This document shows, piece by piece, positions 34,313-49,654 of a stretch of DNA of 64,000 nt. The stretch covers positions 416,001 through 480,000 of the forward strand of contig CAWBWI010000001.1 in assembly GCA_963792585.1 (NCBI GenBank), read 5' to 3'. Under the pieces are notes generated by a model. That model was given only the letters and a program-made list of their open reading frames with translations. It was not told where the DNA came from and did not search any database. This DNA is from Candidatus Eiseniibacteriota bacterium. GTDB lineage: Bacteria; Eisenbacteria; RBG-16-71-46; CAIMUX01; VGJL01. The position numbers were made by a program, and so were the translations under genes. Every line of letters starts with the position of its first letter. The stretch's first letter is position 1.

Positions 34313-36456
34313 ACCGGCTCCAGTTGATCATCGTCATCCACAATCATCAGCCCGTCGGCAACTTCGACCATGTGGTGGAGGATGCGTACCGGCGCTCCTA
34401 TCTTCCGTTCCTCGAGTTTCTCGAACGGCGGCAGGAGTTGCGGATCGGCCTTCACAATTCGGGCTGTCTGTGGGAATGGCTCGAGCGTCACCACCCCGAC
34501 TACGGCGACCGGGTGGCTCGACTCGTCGAGCGCGGCCAGGTCGAGTTGCTGGGCGGCGGGTTCTATGAGCCGATCCTGCCCCTGCTGCCCGCCCGCGATC
34601 GGCGCGGGCAGGTCGCGCGCATGAGCGGGTTCCTCGAGGAGCGATTCGGCAAGCGTCCGAGCGGTATGTGGCTGGCGGAGCGGGTCTGGGAACCGCACCT
34701 CGCCGGCGATCTGGCGCTCGAGAGGATCGAGTATCTCTGTCTCGACGATACCCAGTTCATCCAGATGGGCTTGAAGGACGATGAACTCAAGGGCTCGTAC
34801 ATGACGGAGGATTCCGGGCTCGCCGTCACCCTCTACCCGATCCAGATGCTGCTCCGCTACCAGATACCCTTCTCGCCTCCCGAGACGGTGATCGAGACGC
34901 TGCGCGCCTCCGCCGACGAGGGGGAGGGGACGATGCGCCTCTTCGGTGACGACGGCGAGAAGTTCGGGATCTGGCCGGGGACCCATCGACTCTGCTACGA
35001 AGAGCATTGGCTCGATCACTTCCTGGACGCCCTGCTTCGAGAAGCAAGCTGGCTCACCCTGGTCCTGCCCGGGGAACACTGCGGGCGCAATGCGCCGCGC
35101 GGGCGGGTCTACCTTCCGCCCGGCTCCTATCGCGAGATGACCGAATGGGCGCTGCCGGTCGATGCCCGCCTGCTCTTCGAGGAGACGCAGCGCGCTCTCA
35201 TCGAGCAGGGGCGCGGGGAAGCGGAGCAGGTGCTTCTTCGCGGCGGGTTCTTCCGCAACTTCCTCTCCCGCTACTCCGAGTCCAATCGAATGAACAAGCG
35301 AGTCCTCCGAGCGCATGCCCGTCTCGATGCCGCCAAAGGAATCCCGCGAAAGAAGATCGCCGAGATTCGGGACCATTACTGGCGGGCGCAGTGCAACTGT
35401 GCGTACTGGCACGGCGTCTTCGGAGGGCTCTACCTACCGCACCTTCGCGAAGGGATCTACCGCGAGTTGCTCCAGGGCGAAGCCCTGTTCGAGCGGGCCG
35501 TCCACGGTGCGGGGCCCTGGGTGGAGGCGTTCCAGGAGGATTTCGACCTCGACGGCGCCGATGAGGTGATCCTCGCCTCGGACAGGCTCGGCCTCGTCCT
35601 TTCACCCCTCAACGGAGGTGGTCTGATCGCGATCGACGACCGCGAGGGGGCGCGAAACCTGGTCAACCCGCTCACGCGCAGACGCGAGGCGTATCACTCC
35701 GAGATCGGCAAGGAACCCCCGAAGGAGGACGGCGGGGTCCATACGATCCACGACCGCATTGTCTCGAAAGAGGAGCACCTCGAGCGTTTCCTGGTCTACG
35801 ACCGCTGGGAGCGGGTGGCTCTGATCGACCGGTTCTTTCGGGGCGCACCCGGTCCGTTCGATCTCGTGGACGGAGGAGCCGGCGAGCGGGGCGACTTCGC
35901 GGGCGGACGCTATCAGATCGCAGAAGTCATCCGGGAAGGACGCGTCGGTGCGCGGCTCGTCCGAGAGGGCCGTCTCGACGGCGACGAGCGCCTCACCCTC
36001 GCGGTCGAGAAGACGGTTCTCCTGTCTCCCGGCGTCGATGGGTTCGACGTCGAGTACTGCCTGCGATCCCTCGGTTCCGACTCCCTCTCGTTCCACTTCG
36101 GCGTCGAGTGGTTGATCAACATGCTCGCGGGACGCGCGCACGACCGATTCGTTCTTGTGGACGGTCGCCGGCCGGAAGACCCCGCGCTGGCGGCGGCCGG
36201 GAATCATCCGGGGGCGCGCCGGCTCTCCCTCGTCGATGCATGGCTCCAGGAACGGGTGGACATCGAAGCGCCGGACGCGGCCGGTTGGGTGCGGAACGCG
36301 CTCGAGACCGTTTCCCTGAGCGAGGCCGGAGTGGAGCGGATCTATCAAGGGACGATCGCGATGCCCTACTGGCCGGTCACGCTTGCCCCTGGGGAGGAGA
36401 GGAACCTGACGATGCGCATCTCCCTCCGTCACGGGGCATCGGTCGGGGAGCCTTGA
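34309..36456 (+). CDS. GH57 4-alpha-glucanotransferase/alpha-amylase (cytoplasmic)
   Basis: HNHQPVGN, SY.PFL, GGGFYEP, WLAERVWEP (Glu nucleophile), GDDGEKFG.WPG (Asp acid/base), SY.EM.EWAL, AQCNCAYWHGVFGGLYL, C-terminal beta-sandwich ending ERIYQG. Confidence 0.92.
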   Translation: MNRLQLIIVIHNHQPVGNFDHVVEDAYRRSYLPFLEFLERRQELRIGLHNSGCLWEWLERHHPDYGDRVARLVERGQVELLGGGFYEPILPLLPARDRRGQVARMSGFLEERFGKRPSGMWLAERVWEPHLAGDLALERIEYLCLDDTQFIQMGLKDDELKGSYMTEDSGLAVTLYPIQMLLRYQIPFSPPETVIETLRASADEGEGTMRLFGDDGEKFGIWPGTHRLCYEEHWLDHFLDALLREASWLTLVLPGEHCGRNAPRGRVYLPPGSYREMTEWALPVDARLLFEETQRALIEQGRGEAEQVLLRGGFFRNFLSRYSESNRMNKRVLRAHARLDAAKGIPRKKIAEIRDHYWRAQCNCAYWHGVFGGLYLPHLREGIYRELLQGEALFERAVHGAGPWVEAFQEDFDLDGADEVILASDRLGLVLSPLNGGGLIAIDDREGARNLVNPLTRRREAYHSEIGKEPPKEDGGVHTIHDRIVSKEEHLERFLVYDRWERVALIDRFFRGAPGPFDLVDGGAGERGDFAGGRYQIAEVIREGRVGARLVREGRLDGDERLTLAVEKTVLLSPGVDGFDVEYCLRSLGSDSLSFHFGVEWLINMLAGRAHDRFVLVDGRRPEDPALAAAGNHPGARRLSLVDAWLQERVDIEAPDAAGWVRNALETVSLSEAGVERIYQGTIAMPYWPVTLAPGEERNLTMRISLRHGASVGEP

Positions 36457-37145
36457 GCATCGGGATCGGAAGCGCGCTCGTTCTGCTCGTCTGGGCCGGG
36501 CTGTGCGCCGCCGATCAGCGAGCGATCGGTTCCCGTCAGATACACCAACCCCTGGTCGCGGCCGTCGTCGCGGGGTGGATCCTGGGCGCACCCGACCGCG
36601 GCCTCCTTGTGGGACTCTGGCTGCAACTCGTCTGGCCCGCCCCGATGCCGATCGGGGGCGCCCTGCTGCCCGACACGGGGAGCGTGGCGGTCGTCGCGGC
36701 GATCCTGGCGACCGCCGTCCCGGGCGGAGAGGGGTTCCTGCTCGCCATTCTCTTCGCCCTCCTGATCGCGTGGATTTCCATTCCATGGGAGCGGCGGTTA
36801 CGGACGGTCAACGCTCGGATGGAGGAGCGGATCCTCGCGAGCAATGGCGAAGGCCTCGACCGCGCGATCCTCGGCGGGGTCGCCGGACCCTTCTTGCGCG
36901 GGGTCGCATGCGCAACGCTCGCGCTGGCGGTCTCGGTCGCGGCGAGGCGATGGATCGAACCGCTTCCGGCGACGCACGTATCCGGTTCGCTGACCGCGAG
37001 CCTCATTGGTGGAGCCGGCACACTGGGTCTCTCCGGTCTCCTCGCCCGGGTGCAGACCGAGACCGGTCGGACCTGGTTCTCCTGGACGGCCGGGGGACTC
37101 ATCGCGGGCGCGGCCGGCCGCTTTCTCCTCGAGGCGCTGCGGTGA
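36453..37145 (+). CDS. PTS mannose-family IIC component (divergent)
   Basis: Hydrophobic; D..A.GS.QIHQPLVA..AG..LG, G..LQL.W....IGG...PD. Confidence 0.75.
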   Translation: MSIGIGSALVLLVWAGLCAADQRAIGSRQIHQPLVAAVVAGWILGAPDRGLLVGLWLQLVWPAPMPIGGALLPDTGSVAVVAAILATAVPGGEGFLLAILFALLIAWISIPWERRLRTVNARMEERILASNGEGLDRAILGGVAGPFLRGVACATLALAVSVAARRWIEPLPATHVSGSLTASLIGGAGTLGLSGLLARVQTETGRTWFSWTAGGLIAGAAGRFLLEALR

Positions 37146-37843
37146 GCCGAACCTGGAAGCTGGTCGCCCGGGGATTGCTGTTGCAGGCCCTGTTCAATCC
37201 GCGGGGAAGACAGCGCGCGGGTCTGTTGTGGATTCTCGGGTCGCGGGCCGCGGGGCTGACCGACGAGCCGTTCAATGCCAACCCCGTGCTGGCCGGGTAT
37301 GCGCTCGGGTTGATCGAACGGGGCGATTCCAAGGAATACGTCCGGCACCGGGCGGCGCTCGGATCCGCGCTTGGCGCGGTCGGGGACCGGCTTCTTTGGG
37401 GTCTCTTCCGCCCATTCTGCGTGGTGCTGGGTCTGGCGGCATCCGCCGTCGGACCACTGGCTGCAGCGGCGGCCCTCCTCGCGGTGTACAATCCGGCGGA
37501 GTTGGCGCTACGCTGGCGCGCAGTTCACCGCGGTCTCGAAGGCCTCCCGGCGATCCAGTCGGACCTGAGCCGGGGCGGTCTTCTTCGACTGGCCCCGCAC
37601 CTTGCACGGCTCTGCGCGGTGGGCGTGGGGGTCCTTGCGGGTTCGTGGTTGGCAGGGCACATCGTTGCCGGGCGGTATCTCGAGGCGGGCGCCGGGACGT
37701 GTGCCACGACCGCCGGTTGGCTTATCCTGCGGCGGAGGAGTTGGGGTTTCTGGCGACTGCCTCTGGCCGCCCTGATCTTGGGACTGGCTTGGTTCGCCGT
37801 CGAGATGCTGCGCGCCTTCCTCGGTCAAGGCATGCGCGGGTGA
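37142..37843 (+). CDS. PTS mannose-family IID component (short, divergent)
   Basis: LQA.FN...Q..G, FNANP, LGAVGD.L.W...RP, L.VYN. Confidence 0.75.
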   Translation: MSRTWKLVARGLLLQALFNPRGRQRAGLLWILGSRAAGLTDEPFNANPVLAGYALGLIERGDSKEYVRHRAALGSALGAVGDRLLWGLFRPFCVVLGLAASAVGPLAAAAALLAVYNPAELALRWRAVHRGLEGLPAIQSDLSRGGLLRLAPHLARLCAVGVGVLAGSWLAGHIVAGRYLEAGAGTCATTAGWLILRRRSWGFWRLPLAALILGLAWFAVEMLRAFLGQGMRG

Positions 37844-37847
37844 TCCA

Positions 37848-38138
37848 ATGGAAGGGGAAAGCAACTTCGTGACGGAACGTAGCGTGATGGTTCGCAACCA
37901 GCCCGGGATCCATGCCCGTCCCGCCGCGCTCTTCGTGAAGAAGGCCGCCCAGTACCGGTCGGAGGTATTCGTCTCCCACGGGGACCTGACCGTCAACGGG
38001 AAGAGCATCATGGGCGTCATGATGCTTGCGGCGGAAGAGGGGGCCGAGATCCGGATCTCCGCGACCGGGCCCGACGAGGAGGCGGCGGTCGAGGCCCTCG
38101 TGACCCTCGTCGATTCGAAATTCGGCGAGGAAGTCTGA
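37848..38138 (+). CDS. ptsH: Phosphocarrier protein HPr
   Basis: GIHARPA (His site) and [12 protein letters not shown] (regulatory Ser site). Confidence 0.95.
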   Translation: MEGESNFVTERSVMVRNQPGIHARPAALFVKKAAQYRSEVFVSHGDLTVNGKSIMGVMMLAAEEGAEIRISATGPDEEAAVEALVTLVDSKFGEEV

Positions 38139-39910
38139 TGGACGCGCACGGCTCAGGCGGACTGGTCCGGATCAACGGCGTCGCCGCATCCCCCGGCCTC
38201 ACGGGAGGCCCCGCCCACATTCTCCTCCACGAAGAGTCCTCGTACGAGGAACGGACGGTGCCCGCTCGCGCCGTGTCCCAGGAGGTCCGCCGCTTCCGCG
38301 TCGCCGTTCGGAGGGCGCGCGATGAGATCTCCGCGCTCAAGGAATGCCTCATCGTCGATCCCGAAGACCCCGGGACGAAGATCCTCGACGCCCACCGGAT
38401 GATCCTCGAAGACCAGGTCGTGCTGCGGGAGGCGATCGATCTGATGGAGAAGGAGCATCTGGCGGCCGACTCGGCGGTGCGCCGCGTCTTCCGCGCCCTC
38501 GCACAGCAGCTCGAGGCATCGGAGACGGAATACCTCCGCAGCCGAGCGGTCGATCTCCGTGACGTGAAGCGAAGGATTCTGCGCCACCTCGGCATCGGTC
38601 CCACGGAGCCGCAGGCGCTCCCGAATCACCCGGTCGTTCTGGTCGCGCGCGATCTCACGCCCAGCGAAACCGCACAGCTCGATCGCGATCGCATCCTGGC
38701 CTTCGTGACCGATCACGGGGGACCGACCTCGCACGTCGCGATCCTCGCCCGCAGCCGGGGAATCCCTGCGGTGGTCGGCGCCGGCAACTTTGCCGAATCG
38801 GTGCGCGAAGGGGATACCGTACTCGTCGACGGCTATTCGGGAGAGGTCGTCGTGCGACCCACGGCCGCGGACACGCGGCGCTTCCAGGCCAGGAAGGTGC
38901 AGCGCGTCAAACTCGCGCGCGCAGCCGACGCCGTCGCCGGGAAGCCGGCGATCACCCTCGACGGACGCGAGGTCGTGCTGCTCGCCAACATCGAGACGCC
39001 CGAGGATGCGGGGACCGCGCTCGACGGCGGGGCCGAAGGGGTCGGGCTGTACCGGACCGAGTTCTTCTTCATTCGCGAGCCGAGACTTCCCGACGAGGAA
39101 TCGCAGACCCGCGTCTACCGGCAGGCTGTCCGGCGGATGCGGGGTCGCCCGGTGACGATCCGCACGATGGATCTCGGTGGAGACAAGCTTGCCTCCTACC
39201 TGGGCACCTCGCGCGAGGACAATCCCTTCCTCGGGATGCGTGGCATCCGCTTCTCGCTCGCCCACCCGGACATCTTCCGCCAGCAGATCCGCGCCATTCT
39301 GCGCGCCTCGGCAGCGGGGAAGGTTCGGATCATGCTGCCCATGGTCAGCTGCGTCGATGAGTTGCGGGCCGCGCGCCGAATCATGGGGGAGTGCATCGCC
39401 GAGCTCCGGACCGAAGGGCACGCGATGGCCGAGACGGTTCCCCTGGGGGTGATGATCGAGATTCCCGCGGCGGTCGCGATCGCCGATCTGCTGGCGCGCG
39501 AGGCGGATTTCTTCTCGATCGGATCGAATGATCTGATCCAGTACTCCCTGGCCGTGGATCGCGGGAATGAAAAGATCGCGCACCTCTACGATCCGTTTCA
39601 TCCGTCCGTGTTGCGCCTGCTGCGCCAGACGGTCCTCGCGGGACGCGAAGCGGGGATCCCGGTTTCTTCGTGCGGCGAGATGTCGGGACAACCCCTCGGC
39701 GCCCTGGCGCTCCTCGGTCTCGGCTGCTATCAGCTGAGCGTCTCGCCTTACCAACTGCCGCTCATCAAGAGCCTCGTGCGTTCCGTGCGACTATCCGGGC
39801 TCGAGTCGCTCGCCCTCGCCGCGCTCGCCGCCCCGACGAGCACCGAGGTGCGCGTGCTCCTCGAGTCGGGGGTTCGCGCGGCCGGGCTCGATCTGGATGC
39901 CTACCAATGA
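38138..39910 (+). CDS. ptsI: PTS enzyme I (PEP-protein phosphotransferase)
   Basis: [52 protein letters not shown]. Confidence 0.96.
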   Translation: MDAHGSGGLVRINGVAASPGLTGGPAHILLHEESSYEERTVPARAVSQEVRRFRVAVRRARDEISALKECLIVDPEDPGTKILDAHRMILEDQVVLREAIDLMEKEHLAADSAVRRVFRALAQQLEASETEYLRSRAVDLRDVKRRILRHLGIGPTEPQALPNHPVVLVARDLTPSETAQLDRDRILAFVTDHGGPTSHVAILARSRGIPAVVGAGNFAESVREGDTVLVDGYSGEVVVRPTAADTRRFQARKVQRVKLARAADAVAGKPAITLDGREVVLLANIETPEDAGTALDGGAEGVGLYRTEFFFIREPRLPDEESQTRVYRQAVRRMRGRPVTIRTMDLGGDKLASYLGTSREDNPFLGMRGIRFSLAHPDIFRQQIRAILRASAAGKVRIMLPMVSCVDELRAARRIMGECIAELRTEGHAMAETVPLGVMIEIPAAVAIADLLAREADFFSIGSNDLIQYSLAVDRGNEKIAHLYDPFHPSVLRLLRQTVLAGREAGIPVSSCGEMSGQPLGALALLGLGCYQLSVSPYQLPLIKSLVRSVRLSGLESLALAALAAPTSTEVRVLLESGVRAAGLDLDAYQ

Positions 39911-40911
39911 TCGAAAGAGACCCGATGCGCGGTTGGATCGCCTCGTTTCCGGAGATGCTCGCCGAGGCCTGGGATGCGCCCCCGCCGGGGCAGTATGCCC
40001 TCGAGTCGGGCAGGTTCACCGTGGTCGGGGGGATGGGAGGTTCCGGTATCGCGGGCGCGCTCGCCGCGAGCGTGCTGCAGCGAGGGGGGATGCGGATCCT
40101 CCCGTGGCGGGACCCGGAGTTGCCGGGATGGATCTCGAGCGACGACCGCTTCGTTGCGGTGAGCTACTCGGGGAACACCTGGGAGACCGCAATGATGCTC
40201 GAAGGAGCCCTGGCCCGCGGAGTTCCCACCCGCGTGATCGCGTCCGGCGGCGCGATCTGCGCGAGGGCCGCCGAGAAGGCCATCCCGGTCTTCACGGTTC
40301 CCGGCGGGATGGCGCCCCGCGCTTCGCTCCCGTGGCTCATCAGCGGGGTGCTGCGGGCTCTCGGCGTGTCGCCCGATGAAGAGATCCGGTCGACGCTGCG
40401 CCTCCTGCGCGAGGAGCGCGACACTCCGCGGGCGGGGCGCGATCCACGCCGCATCGCCGAAGCGATGGAGGGCCGGCTCGTCTGCATGATCCCGGTCGGC
40501 CCGGCGATGGAAACCGCCGCGATTCGATGGCGCTCGCAGATCATGGAGAATGCCGAGCAGTTCGCGATCGTCTCCCCACTGCCGGAAATGGCCCACAACG
40601 AGGTGATGGGTTGGGGCTTCCTGCGGGAGGTGGGGATCCGCGTCTGCTGTCGTGCGCTCGTGGAGCGCGCTCCATCGCCTGGGTCTTTCGAGAAGATCCT
40701 CGCCGGACTGGAACGGGAGGCGGAACGCTCGGGCCTGCCGTTCGAGGTCGTGCCGCCTGCGGACGCGGAGGGTCTTGCGTCGGTGCTCGCGCAGGTCTAT
40801 CTCGGAGATCGTGTGAGCATGGAGCTGGCCGATCGAAGGGGCGTTGCGGCCACGCCGGTCGAAGCGATCTCCAGAATGCGGGCGATGGGCGGAAAGGAGC
40901 CCGGCCGATGA
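39907..40911 (+). CDS. Bifunctional phosphoglucose/phosphomannose isomerase (PGI/PMI, SIS family)
   Basis: GMGGSGI, SYSGNT.ET, SGG, PR.S, RW..QI.ENA, PE..HNE..GW. Confidence 0.88.
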   Translation: MIERDPMRGWIASFPEMLAEAWDAPPPGQYALESGRFTVVGGMGGSGIAGALAASVLQRGGMRILPWRDPELPGWISSDDRFVAVSYSGNTWETAMMLEGALARGVPTRVIASGGAICARAAEKAIPVFTVPGGMAPRASLPWLISGVLRALGVSPDEEIRSTLRLLREERDTPRAGRDPRRIAEAMEGRLVCMIPVGPAMETAAIRWRSQIMENAEQFAIVSPLPEMAHNEVMGWGFLREVGIRVCCRALVERAPSPGSFEKILAGLEREAERSGLPFEVVPPADAEGLASVLAQVYLGDRVSMELADRRGVAATPVEAISRMRAMGGKEPGR

Positions 40912-41909
40912 CAAAACCGGTGGCAATCGTCCCGGCGGCGGGAGTGGGCACGCGCCTGCGCCCCCACACCCACACGATCCCGAAGGCCCTGATCAACGTC
41001 GCGGGCCGCCCGATTCTCGCCCACATCCTCGACGGATTGATCGCCGAGGGGGTCGAACGTGTGGTCGTGATCGTCGGCTACATGGGGGACCGCATCCGCG
41101 ACTACGTCTCCAAGCGCTACGGCGTTGCCGTCGAGTTCGTCGAGCAGGAGGAGCGCCTCGGTCTCGGTCACGCCGTGTTTCTCGCGAGCGCGACGATCGC
41201 GGATGGCCCCGTCGTCATCGTCCTGGGAGACACGATCGTCCACACCGACCTTTCGATGTTCCTGAGCGGGCCCGACGTCGTCCTCGGTGTCAAGGAGGTG
41301 GACGACCCTCGACGTTTCGGCATTGCCGAGGTGGAGAACGGCCGCGTCACGCGGCTGATCGAGAAGCCCGACCAGCCGCCGAGCAATCTCGCCCTGGTGG
41401 GTCTCTACTACGTGCCACGCTCCGAGCTGCTGTTCGCGACGCTCGAGGAGCAGATCCGCGCAGGCCGGACGAACCGCGGCGAGTATCAGTTAACCGACGC
41501 CCTCTCCGCCTTGCTCGCGGGCGGGATGAGTATGCGTGTGCACGCGGTCGAGGGTTGGTTCGACTGCGGGAAGACGGAGACCCTTCTGTCGACCAACCGC
41601 TATCTGCTCGAGCTCCTGCCCAGTTCCCCCGCGATCCCCGGGGTGGTGGTGATCCACCCCGTGTCGATCGATCCGACCGCGGACATCCGTCATTCGATCG
41701 TCGGACCCTACGTTTCCGTCGCGGGGGGCGCGAGGGTGACGGGTGCGGTGCTGCGGAACTCGATCATCAACGAGCATGCCGAGGTGGCAGACATGCTGCT
41801 CGACAGCTCGGTCGTCGGCGAGAACGCGATCGTGCGGGGGTCGTTCCAGGTTCTCAACGTGGGGGACTCATCCGAGGTCACGTTGGCGGGGGGAACGAGC
41901 GCCCCGTAG
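40908..41909 (+). CDS. Sugar-1-phosphate nucleotidyltransferase (NTP_transferase + left-handed beta-helix)
   Basis: AAG.GTRLRP.T...PK.L..VAG, Q....GLGHAV, LGD, EKP, GEYQLTDAL, W.DCG, hexapeptide tail. Confidence 0.88.
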   Translation: MTKPVAIVPAAGVGTRLRPHTHTIPKALINVAGRPILAHILDGLIAEGVERVVVIVGYMGDRIRDYVSKRYGVAVEFVEQEERLGLGHAVFLASATIADGPVVIVLGDTIVHTDLSMFLSGPDVVLGVKEVDDPRRFGIAEVENGRVTRLIEKPDQPPSNLALVGLYYVPRSELLFATLEEQIRAGRTNRGEYQLTDALSALLAGGMSMRVHAVEGWFDCGKTETLLSTNRYLLELLPSSPAIPGVVVIHPVSIDPTADIRHSIVGPYVSVAGGARVTGAVLRNSIINEHAEVADMLLDSSVVGENAIVRGSFQVLNVGDSSEVTLAGGTSAP

Positions 41910-41912
41910 GTC

Positions 41913-41941
41913 TTGCCTCGCCCCTGCCCGGCCGCTAATCT
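41913..41941 (+). promoter_or_regulatory. Putative sigma70 promoter of metK-ahcY
   Basis: TTGCCT, 17-nt spacer, TAATCT, then AGGAG RBS. Confidence 0.55.
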
Positions 41942-41974
41942 CGACCTTTCGACCAGACCAGAAGGAGAGGACGC

Positions 41975-46608
<4,634 letters not shown>

Positions 46609-46612
<4 letters not shown>

Positions 46613-47318
46613 GGGGAGTCAGGACCGAAGGTCGGCCAGCGTTCCGTAGGCTGGGCGGGCGGTCCTCGTCTGCGGCGCTTCTCCTCCTGACGATGGGCTC
46701 GAGGCCGGCCGGCGCCGCTGATCCCCGCGCGGAGGGCCTGCTCGCGCAAATGCGGCCAGACCTGGAAGGCTCGTACGCAGCCTCACGGCCCGCTTCGAGC
46801 AGACGGCAGGAGTTCGCGGGCTTCGACGAACCCCTGCTCAGCCGGGGGAGGCTGCAGACTCCTCCGGCCGTGCTACTTCGATCTCACGTTCGATCCGCCG
46901 AATCGGCAGCGCCAGGTCTGCGACGGGACGTTCGTCTGGACCTACATCGAAGAGCAGAAGCAGGTCTTCAAGAGCCCCCCTCGACCAGGAATCGACGCGG
47001 TGCGCGGATCTCCTCGACTGGGCGACCGGAAGGCGCCCGGTCGCTCGGGGCCGTTGTCCGACACGACGTTCGGCCCCGGAGCGGTCCGGCTCGATCTGCG
47101 GCCCGGCCCCGAACCTCCCGCTCGGGAACCCTCCGCGTCTGGGTTCGCGGGAGCGGACGCGAACTGCTCGGCTACGAGGCGACGGACACCGAGGGCAACC
47201 GGACCCGCATGCGCCTCGTCGAGCTGCAGCCCGCGAAGGGGCTCAAGCCCGAGCAGATTTCCGATTCGAGCCGCCTGCGGGGGTCGAGGTGATCGACCTG
47301 GGCGCGGGAGCGCGGTGA
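46609..47318 (+). CDS. lolA: Outer-membrane lipoprotein carrier LolA (indels)
   Basis: Signal peptide; QVCDG..VW.Y....KQV in an alternate frame; D.EGNRT; ends P.GVEVID; ftsK-lolA synteny. Confidence 0.72.
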
Positions 47319-48693
47319 AGCGCCGGAAGCCGACCGTCTCGGTCGTCACGCTCGGCTGCGCGAAGAACGTCGGCCGACACGGACCTGCTCGCCGGGCAGC
47401 TCCTCCGCGAGGGGATCGCATGATCGCGCCGGATCCTCCAGTGCGGATGCGATCGTCGTGAACACCTGCGCGTTCCTGCCGCGCCTCGCAGAGAGAGTCG
47501 ATCGACGTGATCCTCGAGATGGCGGAGATCAAGAAGCAGTTCCCCGGCCGACGCTCGTCGTCGTCGGGCTGCCTCGCGCAGCGCCACGGCAGCGGCACTG
47601 CTCGACGAGATCCCGGAGATCGACTGGCTCGTCGGACCCGGGGAGGTTCACTCCCTGGCGCCCCGGCTGCGGCGATCTGGATCGCAGGCGGTTCCGATGG
47701 GGAAGATCGTGTCCACCTCGGGGGTATGGACGCGTGTTGAAGAACGCTGGGACATCCGGGTCGTCTCCCGTTCGGCGCATAGCGCATATGTGAAGATCTC
47801 GGAAGGGTGCGACCGGACTTGCTCCTTCTGCGTGATCCCGCAGCTGCGGGGCCCGCACCGGAGCCGCACCCGCGAGTCGATCGTGCCGACGAGGTGAAGA
47901 TGCTCGCGCGTTCGGGCGTCCGCGAGGTCAATCTCGTCGCCCAGGAACTTACTGCCTACGGAACCGATATCTACGGACGGGCGGGGCTGGGGGATTTGCT
48001 CCGCGATCTCGATGCCGTCGATCAGCTGGTCTGGATCCGGCTTCTCTATGCCTATCCCTCGACCTGGACGCAGGGATCTGTTCGCCTGCCTCCGAGGATC
48101 TTCCTCGGCTCTGTCGTTACATCGACATGCCGATCCAGCACGTGTCGCCGCGGATCCTGCGCCTGATGCGGCGCCCGGGCGCCGTCCAGACCCGGCAGAT
48201 TCTCGAGCGACTGCGCAGGGAGATGCCGGAGGGGGCGGTACGGACGACGCTGATCGCAGGGTTTCCCGGAGAGACCGACGCGGAGTTCGAGGAACTGCTT
48301 GCTTGGGTCCGGGATTACGGTTTCGATCACCTGGGTGTCTTCGCTTTCAGTCCGGAGGAGGGCACCCATGCGGCCACCCTGCCCGGCCAGCTTCCCGCAG
48401 CGATACGTCGGGAGCGTCGGGATCGAATCATGGCCGCGCAGCGTGAAGTTTCGAAGATGAGGAATCGGGCGCAGATCGGCCGGCGCGTGAAGCTGCTGAT
48501 CGAGGCGGAGGATCCCCGAGGGGGATGGATCGCACGGCACGAAGGCCAGGCGCCCGAGGTGGATGGAAAAACCCGGTTCCGGGGCGACTCCGGCCACGCG
48601 ATCGGCGCCGGTGACTTCGTCGATGCCGAGGTGACGTCGGCGGGGGTATACGATCTGGTCGCGCGACCCTGGACCAAAGAGGAGGTCGAATGA
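47315..48693 (+). CDS. rimO: Ribosomal protein S12 methylthiotransferase RimO (indels)
   Basis: [53 protein letters not shown] (TRAM). Confidence 0.92.
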
Positions 48694-49646
48694 TACGCAT
48701 GCCCTTGGCGCGTCTTGTTCTCGCCGCCGCATGCATCGGCGCGCTTGCCGCACCTGCCGCCAAGGCGGAGAGCGAGGGATTCCCCACGAATCTCGCCCTC
48801 CTCGACCGTCTCGCCGACGAGGCGGTGGATGCGGTCCTGGACAGCCTTGCTTTCCAGAAGGGTGACACGGTCACCGTGATGACCGAGGGAGGCAACGAGG
48901 GGGACGGCTTCATTGCGGGCGCGTTTGCGCGGGAGCTGGCGCGCCGTGGCGTGGCCGTTCACATGACGGTCGAGGTGATGCCGGTTCCGCCGGCCGGGAC
49001 CCTGCAGGGAAGCCTTACCGGTCGCCGGCAAGATGCCGGCGCGGACTCTGCGCCCGACTCCCTCGGAGGGACCCCGGACTCCAGCGCCACCGCCCCGGAT
49101 TCGCTCGAGACCACCGTGCCCCCCGACAGCGGCGCGGTCTCGACGCCGGCCGGATCCGCCACCGGATCCGTCCCCGGTTCCGTCTCCGGTTCCGTCTCCG
49201 GTTCCGTTTCCGAATCCGCCTCGGGATCCGCTCCGGAGTCCGCGTCCGCCGCACCACCGCCGAGACCGGGTCCCACTGTCGTCCGCAGGACTTACCCCAG
49301 CGGCCGCATCCTCGAGTTCCGTCTCCTGGAGTTCGGGGTCGGCTATCCCAATGTGAAGAGGCGATACCGGCTCTTCGGCTCCCCGACCGTCACCCGACTT
49401 GGCGGCATCTACGTGCAGGCGAGCCGGATCGTCGGGCCGGATGGTACGGTGGAAGCGATCGCAAGCGGACAGAGCCATGCCGAGGACCGGCTGTCGGCCA
49501 AGGCGCGACGCCTGGCCGAGGGGGCGAATTATCCGTTCACCAAGCCGGCGATCCCGGCCGCAAACTTCGGCCGCCTGGTGGAGCCGGTCGCGGTGGTCGG
49601 AATCGTCGCCAGCCTGGTCTACCTCTTCTACCAGAACCAGAACTGA
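48690..49646 (+). CDS. Exported hypothetical protein with a central Ser/Pro/Gly/Asp low-complexity insert and a C-terminal hydrophobic segment
   Basis: Signal peptide, intact 318-aa ORF, ATGA overlap with rimO, ends EPVAVVGIVASLVYLFYQNQN. Confidence 0.75.
   Translation: MIRMPLARLVLAAACIGALAAPAAKAESEGFPTNLALLDRLADEAVDAVLDSLAFQKGDTVTVMTEGGNEGDGFIAGAFARELARRGVAVHMTVEVMPVPPAGTLQGSLTGRRQDAGADSAPDSLGGTPDSSATAPDSLETTVPPDSGAVSTPAGSATGSVPGSVSGSVSGSVSESASGSAPESASAAPPPRPGPTVVRRTYPSGRILEFRLLEFGVGYPNVKRRYRLFGSPTVTRLGGIYVQASRIVGPDGTVEAIASGQSHAEDRLSAKARRLAEGANYPFTKPAIPAANFGRLVEPVAVVGIVASLVYLFYQNQN
49152..49247 (+). repeat. Degenerate 12-bp tandem repeat, 8 units, coding GSAT-GSVP-GSVS-GSVS-GSVS-ESAS-GSAP-ESAS
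   Basis: GGTTCCGTCTCC-like units read directly from the sequence. Confidence 0.85.
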
Positions 49647-49654
49647 GGCGCCCG

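Noticed and set aside
41910..41974. SAM/SAH riboswitch before metK-ahcY
   Set aside because: The leader after the predicted -10 is only about 30 nt and shows no SAM-I core motifs
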